The notes: a model not told the origin generated them from the sequence alone. A stretch of DNA of 64,000 nt from Octopus vulgaris (GCA_951406725.2 OX597829.1:30380001-30444000); one strand, 5' to 3'. Shown: positions 25,355-38,890, counted from the first letter of the stretch. Program-made: numbers and translations.

Positions 25355-25609
25355 ACAACAAACAAGATGAGGACAAATATCCGTCAAAAGTAAATAATGT
25401 ACATAATTCCTCATCTCTTAAATATAGTCCATGTATTATCTCCCCTTTTAGTTTTTTTTCTGTAGGAAGTAAGTAATTTTATTTTACTTTATTCTCCCCT
25501 CCTCCCTTTTTAGCAGTTTTTTTTTTCGAACTTAATATTTTTTCTTCTTGGCATCTATTTCTAGGAACTCTGTGTTCTTCCTTTTTCTTCTTGTATGTGT
25601 GGATTCATC

Positions 25610-26687
25610 CACCTGTAATGGTGTTGGTACCTGGAATGTGTCATACAATCATCTAGTCCAGTTGAAAAGTCCACACACACTCTTAGTTTATATAAACTAT
25701 TAGAGCTGCCCAGTCTGAATGGTTGACTTTTTCAATTATAGCTAGACTCTCTAGTCTTTCCAGTTCTTTATTGATGTGGTCTAACACTGCAAATGGCGTG
25801 TTCCATTTGGGCCTAAAGACCGGATATTGCCTTTTCTTTTACCACGATCCTCACTTTTTGTTTTAGTGCGACAGCCTAATCCTTCCCCCCAAAAAAAACA
25901 TTTAGAAACAATAAAAAAAATTTTTTGTTTCAGTTGTTTGACTTCCTTCAAACTTTTAACCATGCTGACTACATTTTGACAGAGAACACAAATGGGAGTA
26001 TTCCACATTTTAAATAACTCCATGTGTATTGTGCCAAATAGGTTTAGCGGTTTTTTCAACTCATAAATGATTGCCTTTTTTGTTTCACCTTGAAAAGTTA
26101 CATTGCAAATACATTTGCCCGTGAAATATAATTTTGTTCCTGTAACACCAAATACTATTTTATTTGATTTAAATAATTTTGGCTTACTGATTTATTGCCA
26201 TGTTTCTTTATTTATGATCGAGATGTCACTATCTGTGTCTAATTGCATTTTGCTGCCAGTGGTTTCAATTCTCACCTTTATAAATATTCTATTCAGTGTG
26301 CAAACTTTTTTCTCTGATGACAAACTACTTTTTCTTGTTTGTTCCAATTTTTCATCATCTTCGTTCTGCAGCATAATTTAACATGTCCTGTGGTTTCATA
26401 ATGAAAACACTCTGCTGTTTTGAATGGACACTCTTTTCTCAGGTGCCTGCCACAACATACCATACATAAATTTATCTCCTGATATATATTGTGTTTTTTG
26501 CAAAACACTTTATCCATCTTTTTGCACTGGTTTTATCTGTAAACAGTCTCTGTGTTGGATTTCTTCTGTGTCATGCCTTACTTTTAATATCCTATCGCAC
26601 TCTTCTGACGGTTTCTGGAGAGTTATATCCTGGTTCATTTCCAGCTTTTTGAGAATTTTTGTTCTGACTTCTGCGTCCTTTTTAGCA
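25610..26687 (-). mobile_element. Ty3/gypsy LTR-retrotransposon relic (gag knuckles, protease, start of RT)
   Basis: DAEVRTKILKKLE; CMVCCGRHLRKECPFKTAECFHYETTGHVKLCC; MQLDTDSDISII; LRVCVDFSTGL; cut by the SINE at 26688. Confidence 0.8.
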
Positions 26688-26915
26688 CGGTGAGCTGGCA
26701 GAAACGTTAGCACGCCGGGCGAAATGCATAGCCGTATTTCATCTGCCGTTACGTTCTGAGTTCAAATTCTGCCGAGGTTGACTTTGCCTTTCATCCTTTC
26801 GGGGTCGATAAATTAAGTACCAGTTATGCACTGGGGGTCGATGTAATCGACTTAATCCGTTTGTCTGTCCTTGTTTGTCCCCTCTGTGTTTAGCCCCTTG
26901 TGGGTAGTAAAGAGA
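26688..26915 (+). mobile_element. tRNA-derived SINE family M, best-preserved copy
   Basis: ggtgagctggcagaa, gagttcaaattc (B box), core gactttgcctttcatcctttcggggtcgataaattaagtaccag; more than 10 copies in the window. Confidence 0.85.
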
Positions 26916-28789
26916 TATATTTTCACTAAACTTGTATCCTTTCCAGTGGATGATTTCTGTTACGCCCACTTCATAAACTTGAGTTAAGTACTGGCATAAT
27001 GAAAGTTTCTGAATAGACTAAAACACAATATTTTTTTGTTTTTTTTTTTGTTAATTTTCTGATAGCAATATCTAATTAGATTAATTGGCAGTTATAAAAT
27101 ATCATTAAACAATTTTTATTAATTTATTCATAAAATTTGCAAGAGGTGTTTTGTATAGAATGTAAAATCCTATTTAAAAATATAAAAGAAAATAAAAAGA
27201 AAAATGGAAAAAAAAAGGCAGTGAAAATAACCAATAAAGAAGTGAGGAAACAATAACTTTTCTAGTTTCTGGTTTACCAGAAATCAATGCATTGTTCCAT
27301 TGATTTTTAACATTTATTATTGAAATTTTCATTCAATTTCATTATATATAGGTTTATGGAAAGAAGAGAGTAAGCTATTTATTATATAACTGCAAAACAA
27401 GAAAGAAGTTCAGTGCCTGTTACCTAGGCAGTGTTTTCAACATAACATGAATAAGGCTTTAATCATTTTGGTGGAGGTGACATGGCCTAGATATTAGGCT
27501 GTTGATAGTGTATGCGTTTAAATACACTACAAGCATTTTGTCACCATAGTTCATCTAGGTACCACCAACTCATCTGGTAATGTTACCTGTGATAGACTGG
27601 TGTGTTACCCTGGTGGAGGTTTATCTATCACCCTCTCTGTTGTGTTTCTGTACACAACACTATTATTGTACATTACCACAGACCACCTAGTTACCACTAG
27701 ATTTATCTCTCATTCCCTCAGTTGTATTACTACCACAGTTTATGTAATTGTCAGTAATAGGGTATTAGATTATCTGATGTTTTATCCAGAGTATGATTTA
27801 TCTCATGGGTGTTTCACATTATAAAATAAGGGTTAAGAATCATTTCCTTTCTCCCTGTAGTTTATTACTACATTCTTGTATCTTAAAAAAAATGTGAGGA
27901 AAACAAAAAAATCTTTTTTATACCACATTTCACATTTTCTGAAAATTGAATATCTAAGAATTCTGGTGCCTAAGGTAAGGCAAAGGAATAGAAACAAACC
28001 AACTTAAGGCATGAGAGTTGAGAAATATATAGTTATGAATTTTCTGCTTGCTTCCTTTCTTTTAGGACCAAGAAGCACTGAGAGCTGGAACAAATACTGC
28101 TAGCCATTTTACATGCCCTTCTAAAAAACAATTCCAAATTCACTGGTTTATCATATCTATTCAAGATGAGTAAAGAGTAAATTCTACATCTTGTCATTTA
28201 GATGAAGAATCAAAACAAGATAATCAGACTCATCATCCTTTTATGTCTACTTTCCAAGCTGGCATGGGTGGATGGGCAGGAAGGTTTGACAAGGATTCAA
28301 CAGACTGGAGGATCATGTCTTTCTCCAATGGCTTGGTTTTAGCATGATTTATGTGGTTGGATACCCTGTCTAACACCAGTCACTTTACAGAGTGTATTGG
28401 GTGAATTTGTTTGTGGCACCAGCACTACAGATGTTGTCTTGCCATCAACAAGACAAAATAGTCCTCTCAAAGTTTGTGTTGTCCCTGTTTGAATCAATTA
28501 CTAATTATTTTGTGAGTACTGAGTGTTTGTTTTTGTGGCACCAGCACCAGTGGGGTTGCCTTGTGGCTGGCAAAATGAAAGAGAACACCCCATGATGGAA
28601 GGAACAGATTTATTGTGAGAGAATGGTAAGGCCAAGAATAACAGAGGGAACAGTGTTGAAGTGGGATTAACAGAGACAGAGAAGAGGGGCATAATAATAT
28701 CAGTGGCAAGTGTGATGGAAATAAAGAGAAGGTAATTGGTAATAGTAATAGGGGTGGATTGATTAGGTGGACCTAGTGATGAGGGTGGG

Positions 28790-29165
28790 TATGGGAGGTC
28801 TGTCTGTCTGCCATGCCCACGTGGATTAAATGATTTTTTAAGATCTAAGGCTAGATTATTGTTGAGATAGGGAAGAGATACAGTTAACGAGTGAGGTAAT
28901 AGCAATGACATGAAAAGTCGTGTCAGTGGGTGGGGGGTAGTGAGAAGGAGTTAGAGAGTGACAGGACAGTGGAGAGGGTTGAGCAGGGTGTGGTGTGGTG
29001 CTACATGGCTGATTTAAGTGGTTTGTGAAGGAAAGATGAGATGGAAGAGCATAGTGGAAGGGAAAGAAAGAGGTAGTGTTAGCAGAATACTGTGAGAGAG
29101 AGTGATAAGGGTAGTGGAGAGGGAGGATGAAGGTGCTGAGTAGGAGGATATGCAGGGCCACCCCA
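28790..29165 (-). mobile_element. Possible highly decayed Penelope GIY-YIG remnant
   Basis: Weak motifs PLSCHSLTPSH and ...KSFNPRGH, like PLE endonuclease ends (PV..HF...H; L.S..P.G.N). Confidence 0.25.
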
Positions 29166-29167
29166 AC

Positions 29168-29200
<33 letters not shown>

Positions 29201-29589
29201 TGACACTCATACACACAGATGAGTAGAATGGTGTGGAAAAGAGATGGATAAGATGATGATGAGGGGCCAGGTTAATTGAAATGTCATGGGAGTCTACTGT
29301 GTTGCTCATCAACACTGTTCTATTTTCACAGATATTAAAGATTCTGATATTTATCATTCCGTGATTACCAGTTTCTTTACTTTGTCTTTTTTTATTTTTT
29401 GGTTGTTCTTGGAGCATTCAGGAGGTGGTAGTAGCGGTGGTGATTGTGGTGGTGGCAGTGATGCAATGGGGTGGTACAATGTGGGAGTAAGAAATTGGTC
29501 AAGAGGCAGTGGTGTTAGCATTGTTGGTGGAGCAGCGTGGGGGAGGGGTACAAATGTAGGAGCAAAGAATTGTTCAAGAGGTGGTGGTG

Positions 29590-29645
<56 letters not shown>

Positions 29646-29849
29646 GGTGTGTGCATGTGTAGATGGGCTTCAATGTAGAAGTAAGGAATTGTTGAACTTC
29701 CTTTTGTAAATTGGATTAAAAGTTATTGGCCAGAATTCTTCATTGCTTATTGCAAAAGCAGTTAGCTGAGCTACTACAAAAACCTTCATTGTTCTTAAAT
29801 ATATGATGACCTCATTAGATTAACTGAGATAAGATTAAATTTCTGCTGT

Positions 29850-30610
29850 TACACTGGTAGTGCTGTTGGTGGTGTTAATGGTAGGGGTGGTGGTAATGTT
29901 GGTGTTGGCTGTGGTGCTGATCATGGTGATGGTCGTGGTTATAACAGTGGTGGTTGTGATGGTGGTGTTGGTGATGATGGCATTGTTGCTGATGGTGGTG
30001 ATGACGGTGTTTTCTGTGATAGTGCTGGTAGTGACCACAATGGTTGATGCCATTGGTATTGTTGTTAGTGGTGTTATTGTTTCTGGTGTTGGTAATGGTG
30101 GTGGTAGAGGTAGAGATGGTGGTAATAGTTTTGTAGTGGTGGTGGTGGCATTAGTATTGTAGCTAGTGGTGATTAGCATTGTAGCTATTGGTGGTGATTG
30201 TGATGGTGGTAGTGATGATAACAGCATTGGGTGGTAGTAGAAATGATGTTTACAACAGTGATGGCATTCTTGTTGATATTATTAGCAATTGTAGAAGTGG
30301 TGGTGGTGGTGGTAATGCTGCTGCTGGTGGTGTTGGTGTTGGTGGTGGTGGTGGTGGTAATGCTGCTGCTTGTGGTGTTGGTGTTGGTGGTAGTGGTAGT
30401 GGTGGTGGTAGTGGTGGTGGTGGTCGTTGTGGTGGTCGTTGTGGTGGTGGTGGTAGTGCTGGTGGTGGTGGTAGTGGTGGTGGTGGTAGTGCTGGTGGTG
30501 GTGGTGGTGGTGGTGGTGGTGGTGTGGTGGTGGTAGTGGTGGTGGTACTGATGCTGTTGCATGATGGTAAAATGAAAATGATACCGATTGTTGTTCTTGG
30601 GTGGTAATAC
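29850..30610. repeat. (GGT)n-rich low-complexity tract
   Basis: Directly visible; gives poly-G/V/T/P ORFs in several frames. Confidence 0.9.
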
Positions 30611-30749
30611 AAGCGATAGTGATTGCTGTTGTAGTTTAGACCTAGGTCAGCCCAACTCTGAATGAGAAGAAGTATGATCAACCAGAGTCCATACAGTCCT
30701 TAGGGAGCCACATAAGGTTTTGTTGTTAAAATTTTTGTGCGATAAAGGT

Positions 30750-31204
30750 TCAGGCATTGCTGGTGGCAGTGTGGTAAGAAGCTTGCTTCCCAACCACATG
30801 GTTCTGGTTTTCAGTCCCACTGCGTAGCACCTTGGGCAAGTGTCTTCTACTATAGCCTCGAGCCGACCAAAGCCTTGTCAGTGGATTTGGTCAATGGAAA
30901 CTGAAAGAAGCCCATTGTATACATACATACATACAAACGTAAATATATACATACAAACACACACACACACACATATAGTTATGCGTGTCTTTGTGTCTTT
31001 GTTTCTCCACCACCACATCACCATTTGACAACCGGTGTTGGTGTGTTTGCATCCCTGTAATTTAGCAGTTCAACAAAAGTGACTGATAGAATAAGTACTA
31101 GGCTTGCAAAGAATAAGTCCTCGGGTTGATTTCTTCAACTAAAAGTCTTTAAGACAGTGCTCCAGCATGGCTGCAGTCAAATGACTGAATCAAGTAAAAG
31201 AATA
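30750..31204 (+). mobile_element. Full-length CORE-like tRNA SINE, family O
   Basis: gtggtaagaagcttgcttcccaaccacatgg...accttgggcaagt...caaatgactgaatcaagtaaaag, as at 59051. Confidence 0.85.
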
Positions 31205-31854
31205 AATTGGTTATACTGTTTCAATACACAAAATATTTTGAACAATTTTTTTGATACAATTCTTCATAATATCCATTTATAAAAATATGTGATTTTTTTT
31301 AAACATTGAATGGCTAGGAGGATCCATCAGAGCAGAATAGGAATTAAAAGGGCCCATAAGTAAAAAAAAAGGGTTGAGAGCTACTAGTATAACATAACGT
31401 GGTTTGGTAGCTATTTCTAACACATCAAGTCATCACACAAGAAGTACTTCATTGATGGTGTTGTTAGATGGCAGTAGTAATGGTGGTGGTGGTGGTGTCA
31501 GCAGTAGGGTTGTAGTGGTACTGGCAGAGTGGTAGTGGAATTGTTGCCCTGATCCAGTAGACATGTTATCAAGTGTGTTCTATCCACAAGCATCCTTCCT
31601 TTAACTGAGAGAAAACCTCAGGCATGGATGTGTGTGTGTGTGTGTGTGTGCGTGTGTGTGTGTTAAGAAGTTTGCTTTACAACCACATCGTTCTAGGTTC
31701 AGTCCTATTGTGAATCCCCGTGGGCAAGTGTCTTCTCTCATTGCTTTGCTCTGGCCAATTGCTTGAGAGTGGAATTTGTTAACAAAAACTGTGTGGAAGT
31801 CTTATGTGTGTGTATGTGCATATATATATATATATATGTCTGTGTGTGTGTGTG

Positions 31855-31892
<38 letters not shown>

Positions 31893-32534
31893 AAAGAAGG
31901 TTTGAAAATGCAATTTTAAAAGATGTTTATTCACTTGACCGGTTTCACTTTTTTAGAAAAAGATTGTCAAAAGTAACATGTAAAAGCTTTGTTGTGTTAA
32001 GTACTACAATACATATATATACATTCTTTGATAATAATAAGAAAGTGTTAAAAACAGTTTTTACAAGGAAAAATCATGAGAAAATATTAAAAAGTTCATT
32101 AAAAATATTAGAATTTTATGATGACTGATGATGATGATGATGATGACAGTCACATATTATGTATATTGTGTCTACTCTTTAACCATGTTCCCCACATTTC
32201 TTGTGAAGAAATGCATTCATCATGACATCTCATTTAATTAGCTAACTCTACTAATAACTGTAGACATATAACATACTTTGATTTACATTTTGTCACATGG
32301 GCTTCTGCACAGTTTCTGTCTACTTCATTTTGCTCACAAGGTTTAGGTTGATCAGAGGATATGTGGATATGGCAGAAAACACTTGCCCAAGATAACCCCG
32401 CAGTGGGACTGAACCGTGAGATCTGGTGATTGTGAAGGGAACTTCTTGAATCCCTTGGTTGTGTCTACACCCACACAATATACATGCAGCACACAACCAT
32501 TTTCTTTATTATTTCTCAACCATTGACTAAACCA

Positions 32535-32581
<47 letters not shown>

Positions 32582-32790
32582 AGGGAGGGAGACTGAAAGA
32601 CAGGCTGACAAATAGACTGACAGACAGACCAACAGACAGAGACAGAGAAATATTGGAGAGAGAAAGAGAATGAGTTTATTCTTCAGATAATTTACTATCC
32701 TGCAAAGTTCTTTGAACATCAAAGAAATTCTGCAAAGCAATAATAACAATAATAATAATAATAATAATAATGATAATAATAATAATAATG

Positions 32791-32852
<62 letters not shown>

Positions 32853-33593
32853 TGAAATAACTGATGATCGAATGAAGTGAGAACAGGTACATGCACATAC
32901 AGATGTATGTATGTATGTATATCTTTATATATATGCATACATGCTCACACACACACACACAAATTCATGCAGTTAAGAATTTAAAGCATATATCTGTAGC
33001 CTTCACTCGAATAAAGAAACCTGAATAGGCTTCTTTGTTGCCGTCTCATTAGCGAAATAGCAGGAAATGAAGTATAAAAGACACTGTGACAAAGTTGTAT
33101 CTATGAAAGTTGAAGGTGACCTTTTCTTTTTTTTGTCAAAGTTTTCTTTGTATTCCCATTTTAGCAATTTAATGTATATTAGGAGCTTAAGGAGTTGTGA
33201 GAGAAGGATTTAAAATAAAATATAAAATTGCTTTGGTCAAAAGATAAGCACCATGTCTATGTGCTTCACAAGACCCTCTGAGACTTGTAGTGAGAGAGAG
33301 ATGGTTAATGCTTTTTTGAAGAACTATAAGTTGATGACTGTGGGGAAAATATGAATATGGAGGGAATCCAAGAGGACTTATACAAATGGCTTTTTGTTGG
33401 TCAATGATTGGGATTCTGTTGTTTGATCAACTGAATTAAATTGCCATGCAAGTGGCTGAGTATTCCACAGACATGTACCTTTAACATAATTTCCTGGAAA
33501 TTATGTTAAAGGTACACAGAGTGTAACAAGGCTGAATTTTTCAAATTAAAGGTACAATCCACTCAATGGGTTTCTATACAGTTTCCATCAGGT

Positions 33594-33905
33594 AGAGGCA
33601 CATGGCTTAGTGGTCAAGATACTCAGCTGACAGTCATGAGTTCAATTCCCGGCAGCACATTGTGTCCTTGAGCAAGACACTTTATTTCTTGTTATTCCAG
33701 TCCACTCAGCCGGTAAAAATGAGTTGTACCTATATTTCAAAGGCCCAGCTTTGTCACATTCTGTGTCATGCTGAATCACCCTGAGAACTGCAATAAGGGT
33801 ACATGTGTCTGTGGAGTGCTCAGCCACTTGTATGTTAATTTCATAAGCAGGCTGTTCCGTTGATCGAATCAACTGGAACCCTTGTCATAACAGACAGAGT
33901 GACAC
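33594..33905 (+). mobile_element. SINE family P, head-to-head with a degraded minus copy at about 33400-33560
   Basis: tggcttagtgg, gttcaattccc, ccttgagcaagacac. Confidence 0.8.
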
Positions 33906-33944
33906 TTTATACAGTTTCCACAGGGCAATGGTCAAACCAAGGCG

Positions 33945-35280
33945 ACAAGTGTTCCAAATTATTAACGAGTGGTCTGATAATCATGAAATTATGGGTCATA
34001 AATGTGACTTAACCACTTCAGAGAAATCTGTTACTACTTCTAAACTTGCAAAAAGTAAATCAGCATAAGAAATATCTAAAATAATTGGAAGATATCACAT
34101 AACTATGAAAACATTTGTTACAGCTCCTACAAAGAGAGCCAACAGAGGGCTGTTTCTCAATGTTCTCTGTTATGAATAAAGTGTGGAGAATAAGTGGAGA
34201 ACTTTTCAAGTGCATTGGAGAAACAACTGTGTCCAGAATAACCCAATTTTGTCTTTTGAAAAAGGTCAGTGAACCAGTGACATCGGTTAAAAGGCCTGCT
34301 TTAAACAAAATATACATACAAAACTGTCTGAAATGATCAGAAGATAACATGAAGGTTGACTTTTCAAAAGTTTTGTTTATGGACGAAACTCATGTTACCC
34401 TTGATGGACCTGATGGTTAGAGCAAGGGATGGGTTGTAAATGGATGAGATCATCAACACAGGAGATGCCAACAAGAGGGTGAGGCATCATGATTTGAGTA
34501 GGTATTATTGGGAGTATAATGGCTGGTCCTTGGAAAGTGCTTGACGGTGTTAAAATGACTGCAGATGCTTACATAGTCTTACTGAAGGAGCACAGTAAAC
34601 GTTGGTTAGAAAAGCAAAGGACTACCTTCAAGACTACCATAATATTTATGCAAGATAATGCATTCTCACACCCTATGGTGAAAACTACAGAGTCTCTGCA
34701 ACAATTAGTTTTCTGTGGACCTTTGAAGATGAAGTGGCCTGTCTGTTCCTCCAACTTAAACCCAAAAGAAAACTTGTGGAGTATTCTAAAATGACAAGTT
34801 TATGAGCAAGGATGAACTGTGGCAGACAATAGTGGATGTATATCGTGGCATAACATCAGAGGAGATGAATGACAAAAATTAGCATGTTCCATGGTCCAGT
34901 GCCTTTTCCACATTATTTCAAACAAAAGCTCATACATCCCTTACTAATCAGCTCATTTATCATTTTTGAACGCTGTTTATTTGTTTATATCTATTTCTTC
35001 CGTGTTTATGACTGTATATGTTCATTTCAGTATGTGCATCAAACAATTGAATTGGTATTTTCTTGTTTACACGAGTATTAATTACTCCTTGCTAATAATT
35101 CGAAACAGTGAAAGTTTATGTAAATTTGGTAAATGGGTGTAGTTCTTGTGTTGTCTTGTAGAACCTCATGGTTTTTACACACTGTGCGCATATTACTGTT
35201 GCCATCACACTGTGAAAATTTCGTTAAATTTCAGCAAAAAAATTAATAATTTTATGTCATTAATAATTTGAAACACAATG
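33945..35280 (+). mobile_element. Tc1-superfamily DD37E (TRT-like) transposon, decayed
   Basis: VLFMDETHVTLDGPDG; FMQDNA...37 residues...E (NLNPKENLW); TIR-like gtgttccaaattatt at about 33949 and taataatttgaaacacaatg-TA at 35261-35282. Confidence 0.8.
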
Positions 35281-35760
35281 TATATACATACATGTGTTTG
35301 TGTGTGTTTGTATTGATATTCCGCTTGGCATTCGAACTCAAATACATATGTTTCAGAGAAAAGTATTGCGTACAGAGCATAATAAAAGGTTATATAAATG
35401 ACAGTGAAACAAGAAATTATGTAATGAACTTCATTAGCTTGCAGTTGTTTCTGCTATAAGATGTAATGCATTCATAGCTAAATGCTTGTGTATCACCGTA
35501 TAGCTTCAAAAATTAGAGCATCAAAAATGAAGTGCAATTTTATTTGAGAAATCACCAAAATGAAGTAGTATCACACACATATATATATATTATATACACA
35601 CACATATATATTATATATGCACATATATACATATGTATATACATATACATATATACGCACACACACACACTCACACACACACATATATTGTGTAAGTTGT
35701 CTAAGAGTCAAAAAGTCAGGAAAAAAATGCACTCGTATATCTGTCAACAAAGTGGGTATA

Positions 35761-35956
35761 TTATCCGGAGTGTATAATATTATATGTCCATTATAGCTGA
35801 TCTTACCAATCTGCCCTTACATTCCAGATTGGCTACCTCTGATAAGCATAGGGTTGCATAATCGGATTGCTACCTAACACTCCATTCAATCCCTAGTATG
35901 AAACCGATTGGTAAGATTGGCTGTAATGGATATATAATACTGTACACTTTGGATAA
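35761..35956. mobile_element. Fold-back element (51-bp inverted arms) with a long-stem-II HHR-like motif, family D
   Basis: 35761-35811 is an imperfect reverse complement of 35906-35956; CTGATAA at 35839-35845 ... GAAACCGATTGGTA at 35900-35913. Confidence 0.6.
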
Positions 35957-36965
35957 CACACACACACACACACACATATATATACATCATACATATATGT
36001 ATATAAATATTTATATTGAATACATACATAATTATATATACATACCTTATTTAGTTTATCCAGGAACACTCCAGGAAGTAAATATATGGGCAGTCCATTA
36101 TATGAGATTTCCTTTCATTCTAATTATAATGTCACAGAATGCAGACTTAAACACCAGTTTATATGATAATCAGTCAATGAGAACAGCATTTCATAAAAAT
36201 TCACGTTTTCCAATATATTTGTAAAGTTATTTAGTTGAAGACAATGTTGAAATCAGCTCAAAAAAAGGTGGAACAAACATTGCAAAGTATTCTGGCAATG
36301 TTGTAATGAAATCTGCCAACTCCTCTCCTTGCCAGTTCAGAGTGTTTGACTGGCAGAAGTGTTAAAACATAAGACAAGACATTTTGTGGTATCTATTGCG
36401 GCTCTTTGTGTTTTGAATGCCAATGCCTGTCACAAGCCAGGTGTCAAGACTGACTCTTGTATCTGGAGCTGTTCAGACAGTTGGAGTCTGGATAGCTCCC
36501 TGCTGGCCATCTCCATGACAAACCATTCAACCCACACCAGCATGGAAAGTGGACATTAAACAATGATGATGATGAATGGTGGTAGCATGCAAAGAAGAGA
36601 GAGAGAGTTCCAAGCATGAGCAGCTTCTAGTCTACTCTTTGGCAGTAGGAACATTCCAGGAGTAGATCCAAACTCTCTCACAAGACATGTCATATTTGAT
36701 GGCATAAAAGACACACTTGCATATTAGACACTCTTAATTTTAGCAGCTCATATTCAGGAAAAAAATTTAGTCCTTTAAAGCTTATGAGAAGCCCAACCTC
36801 ATTTACAGGACCCAGAATGATTTTTTAAAAAATCATTTTTTGAAGAAATGCATCTTTTATGTTTTCAAATATAGTACATAAGCCCTGGATTATCAGTTAG
36901 CAATAATATTTTGTTGGAATAGCCTGTAGTTGTATAAATGCTTATCTGATATTTAGTATTCAAGA

Positions 36966-37174
36966 TGGCAGAAATGTTAGCATGCCTGGTAAAATGCTCA
37001 GCAGCATTTCATGTCTTTACTTTCTGAGTTCAAATTCCACTGGGGTCGACTTTGCATTTCATCCTTTTGGAATTGATAAATTAAGTACCAGTGAAACAGT
37101 GGGGTTGATGTAATCAACTACTACCCTTCCACTGTAAATTTCTGGCCTTGTACCTTCAGTAGAAACGATTATTA

Positions 37175-37211
<37 letters not shown>

Positions 37212-37650
37212 GGTGAGCTGTCAGAATCATTAGCATACCAGGCAAAATGTTTGGTGGAATTTCATCCATCTTTACACTCTGGGCCCAAATTCTGCCAAAG
37301 TTGACTTTGCTTTTCATCCTTTTGGGGCTGATAAAATAAGTACCAGTTGACTACTGAAGTGAATGAAATTGACTTAATTTCTCCCCCGAGATTGCTGGCC
37401 TTGTGCTAAAATTTGAAACTAAAGGCAGAACTAAAGGCAGTAAGCTGGCAGAATCGTTATCACACTGAAAAAAATACCTAGAGGCATTTTCTTTATCTAT
37501 ATTCTGTGTTCAAATGCTGCCAGAGTTGATTTTGTCATTCATCCTTTCAGGGTTGATAAAATAGGTACCAGTTGTGTACTGAGGTTGATGTGATCAATTT
37601 ACACCCTCCCCATAAATTTCAGGCCTTGTGCCTGTAATAGAAAGGATTAT
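36966..37650 (+). mobile_element. Three tandem SINE family M copies
   Basis: Core gactttgc.tttcatcc...gataaa.taagtaccag occurs at about 37050, 37305 and 37530. Confidence 0.8.
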
Positions 37651-38508
37651 TACAATTATTATTATTATTCAACTTGACTCATGTTTGGTCTTATTCCAGG
37701 TAGAATTTATGTGGGTAGCCAGTAACTTGTGAGTACCTGCAACTTTAGACATCCACAAGATTTCAATAATCTTTCAAATGCTTGAAACACTTTCCTGTTG
37801 CTAAGAAGCAAATTTTCTGTAGAAGCTCTACAGGACATTCCTTTCCAATCACCTACAGCCATTTTCCCAGTCTAATTATTACTGGTACAGTTTCAAATCT
37901 CCATTTCTGATAAAGCTTCCAGTGCAAAATTTACATAACTTCATCATAACTCCATTTCTTATATTCTCCCTGAGCCAACTTGAGATATTTTGCAACAATG
38001 TGTGCTATTGTTTCATCTCATTCATTCTATATACTTTTATTAGTATTATTATCATTTGTTTTTCTTCTTTCAATTATATTTCCATTTTTTGCTAAGTGTC
38101 TTTCCGATTCCTAGGGCAAAGAAACTCACTGGATAGGCCATATGGAGTCTTGCATGCTTAGCAGGGTCGCTACCTGTAGCCTATGGTACCATGCTATCTG
38201 TTCTTTTCAACTATCTAATATCTTCTTCTTCTTCTTCGTCGTCGTTGTCATCGTCATCATCATCATCATTTTAATTTTTATGTTTATTAAGGTGGCAAGC
38301 TGGCAGAATTGTTAGCTTGCTGGGTGAAATGCTTTGCAGTATTCTATTTGTCTTCATATTCTGAGTTCAAATTCTACCAAGGTTGATTTTGTCCTTCATC
38401 CTTTCGGGGTTGATAAATTAAGTGCTAGTGAAACACTGCGGTCGATGTAATTGACTATCTCCCTCCCCTCAAATTTCAGGTCTTGTGCCTATAGTAGAAG
38501 GGATTATG

Positions 38509-38546
<38 letters not shown>

Positions 38547-38849
38547 GTCATTAGTGGTTGTGGTCAAGAGTCTACTTGTCATTCTAACAAATGAAATAAT
38601 TTCTCTATTGTCCAACCTTTTACATTGTGAAATATGCTAAGCATCAGGTTCTTTTTCTTATAGCACAAACTTGGAAATCCAACTACTTTTGAAAACAGTT
38701 TCCTATTTTCAAAAGTAGTTGGTAGTATGTAGTTGACTGATTTATCTCTGCCTCCGCATGTGAGAGTGGTCACCTTACCAATATTGGGAAGGATGAAAGG
38801 CAAAAGTGACACTGTCATAATTTTGATTCCGAATTGTAAAGAACCAAAC

Positions 38850-38890
<41 letters not shown>

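Noticed and set aside
29835-30681. Pro/Thr/Gly-rich ORFs resembling formin or mucin
   Set aside because: (GGT)n low complexity is open in many frames; no flanking domain or convincing splice context
33018-33066. CTGAATA-gct...agc-GAAA HHR-like motif
   Set aside because: Position 8 is mutated and there is no stem I pairing
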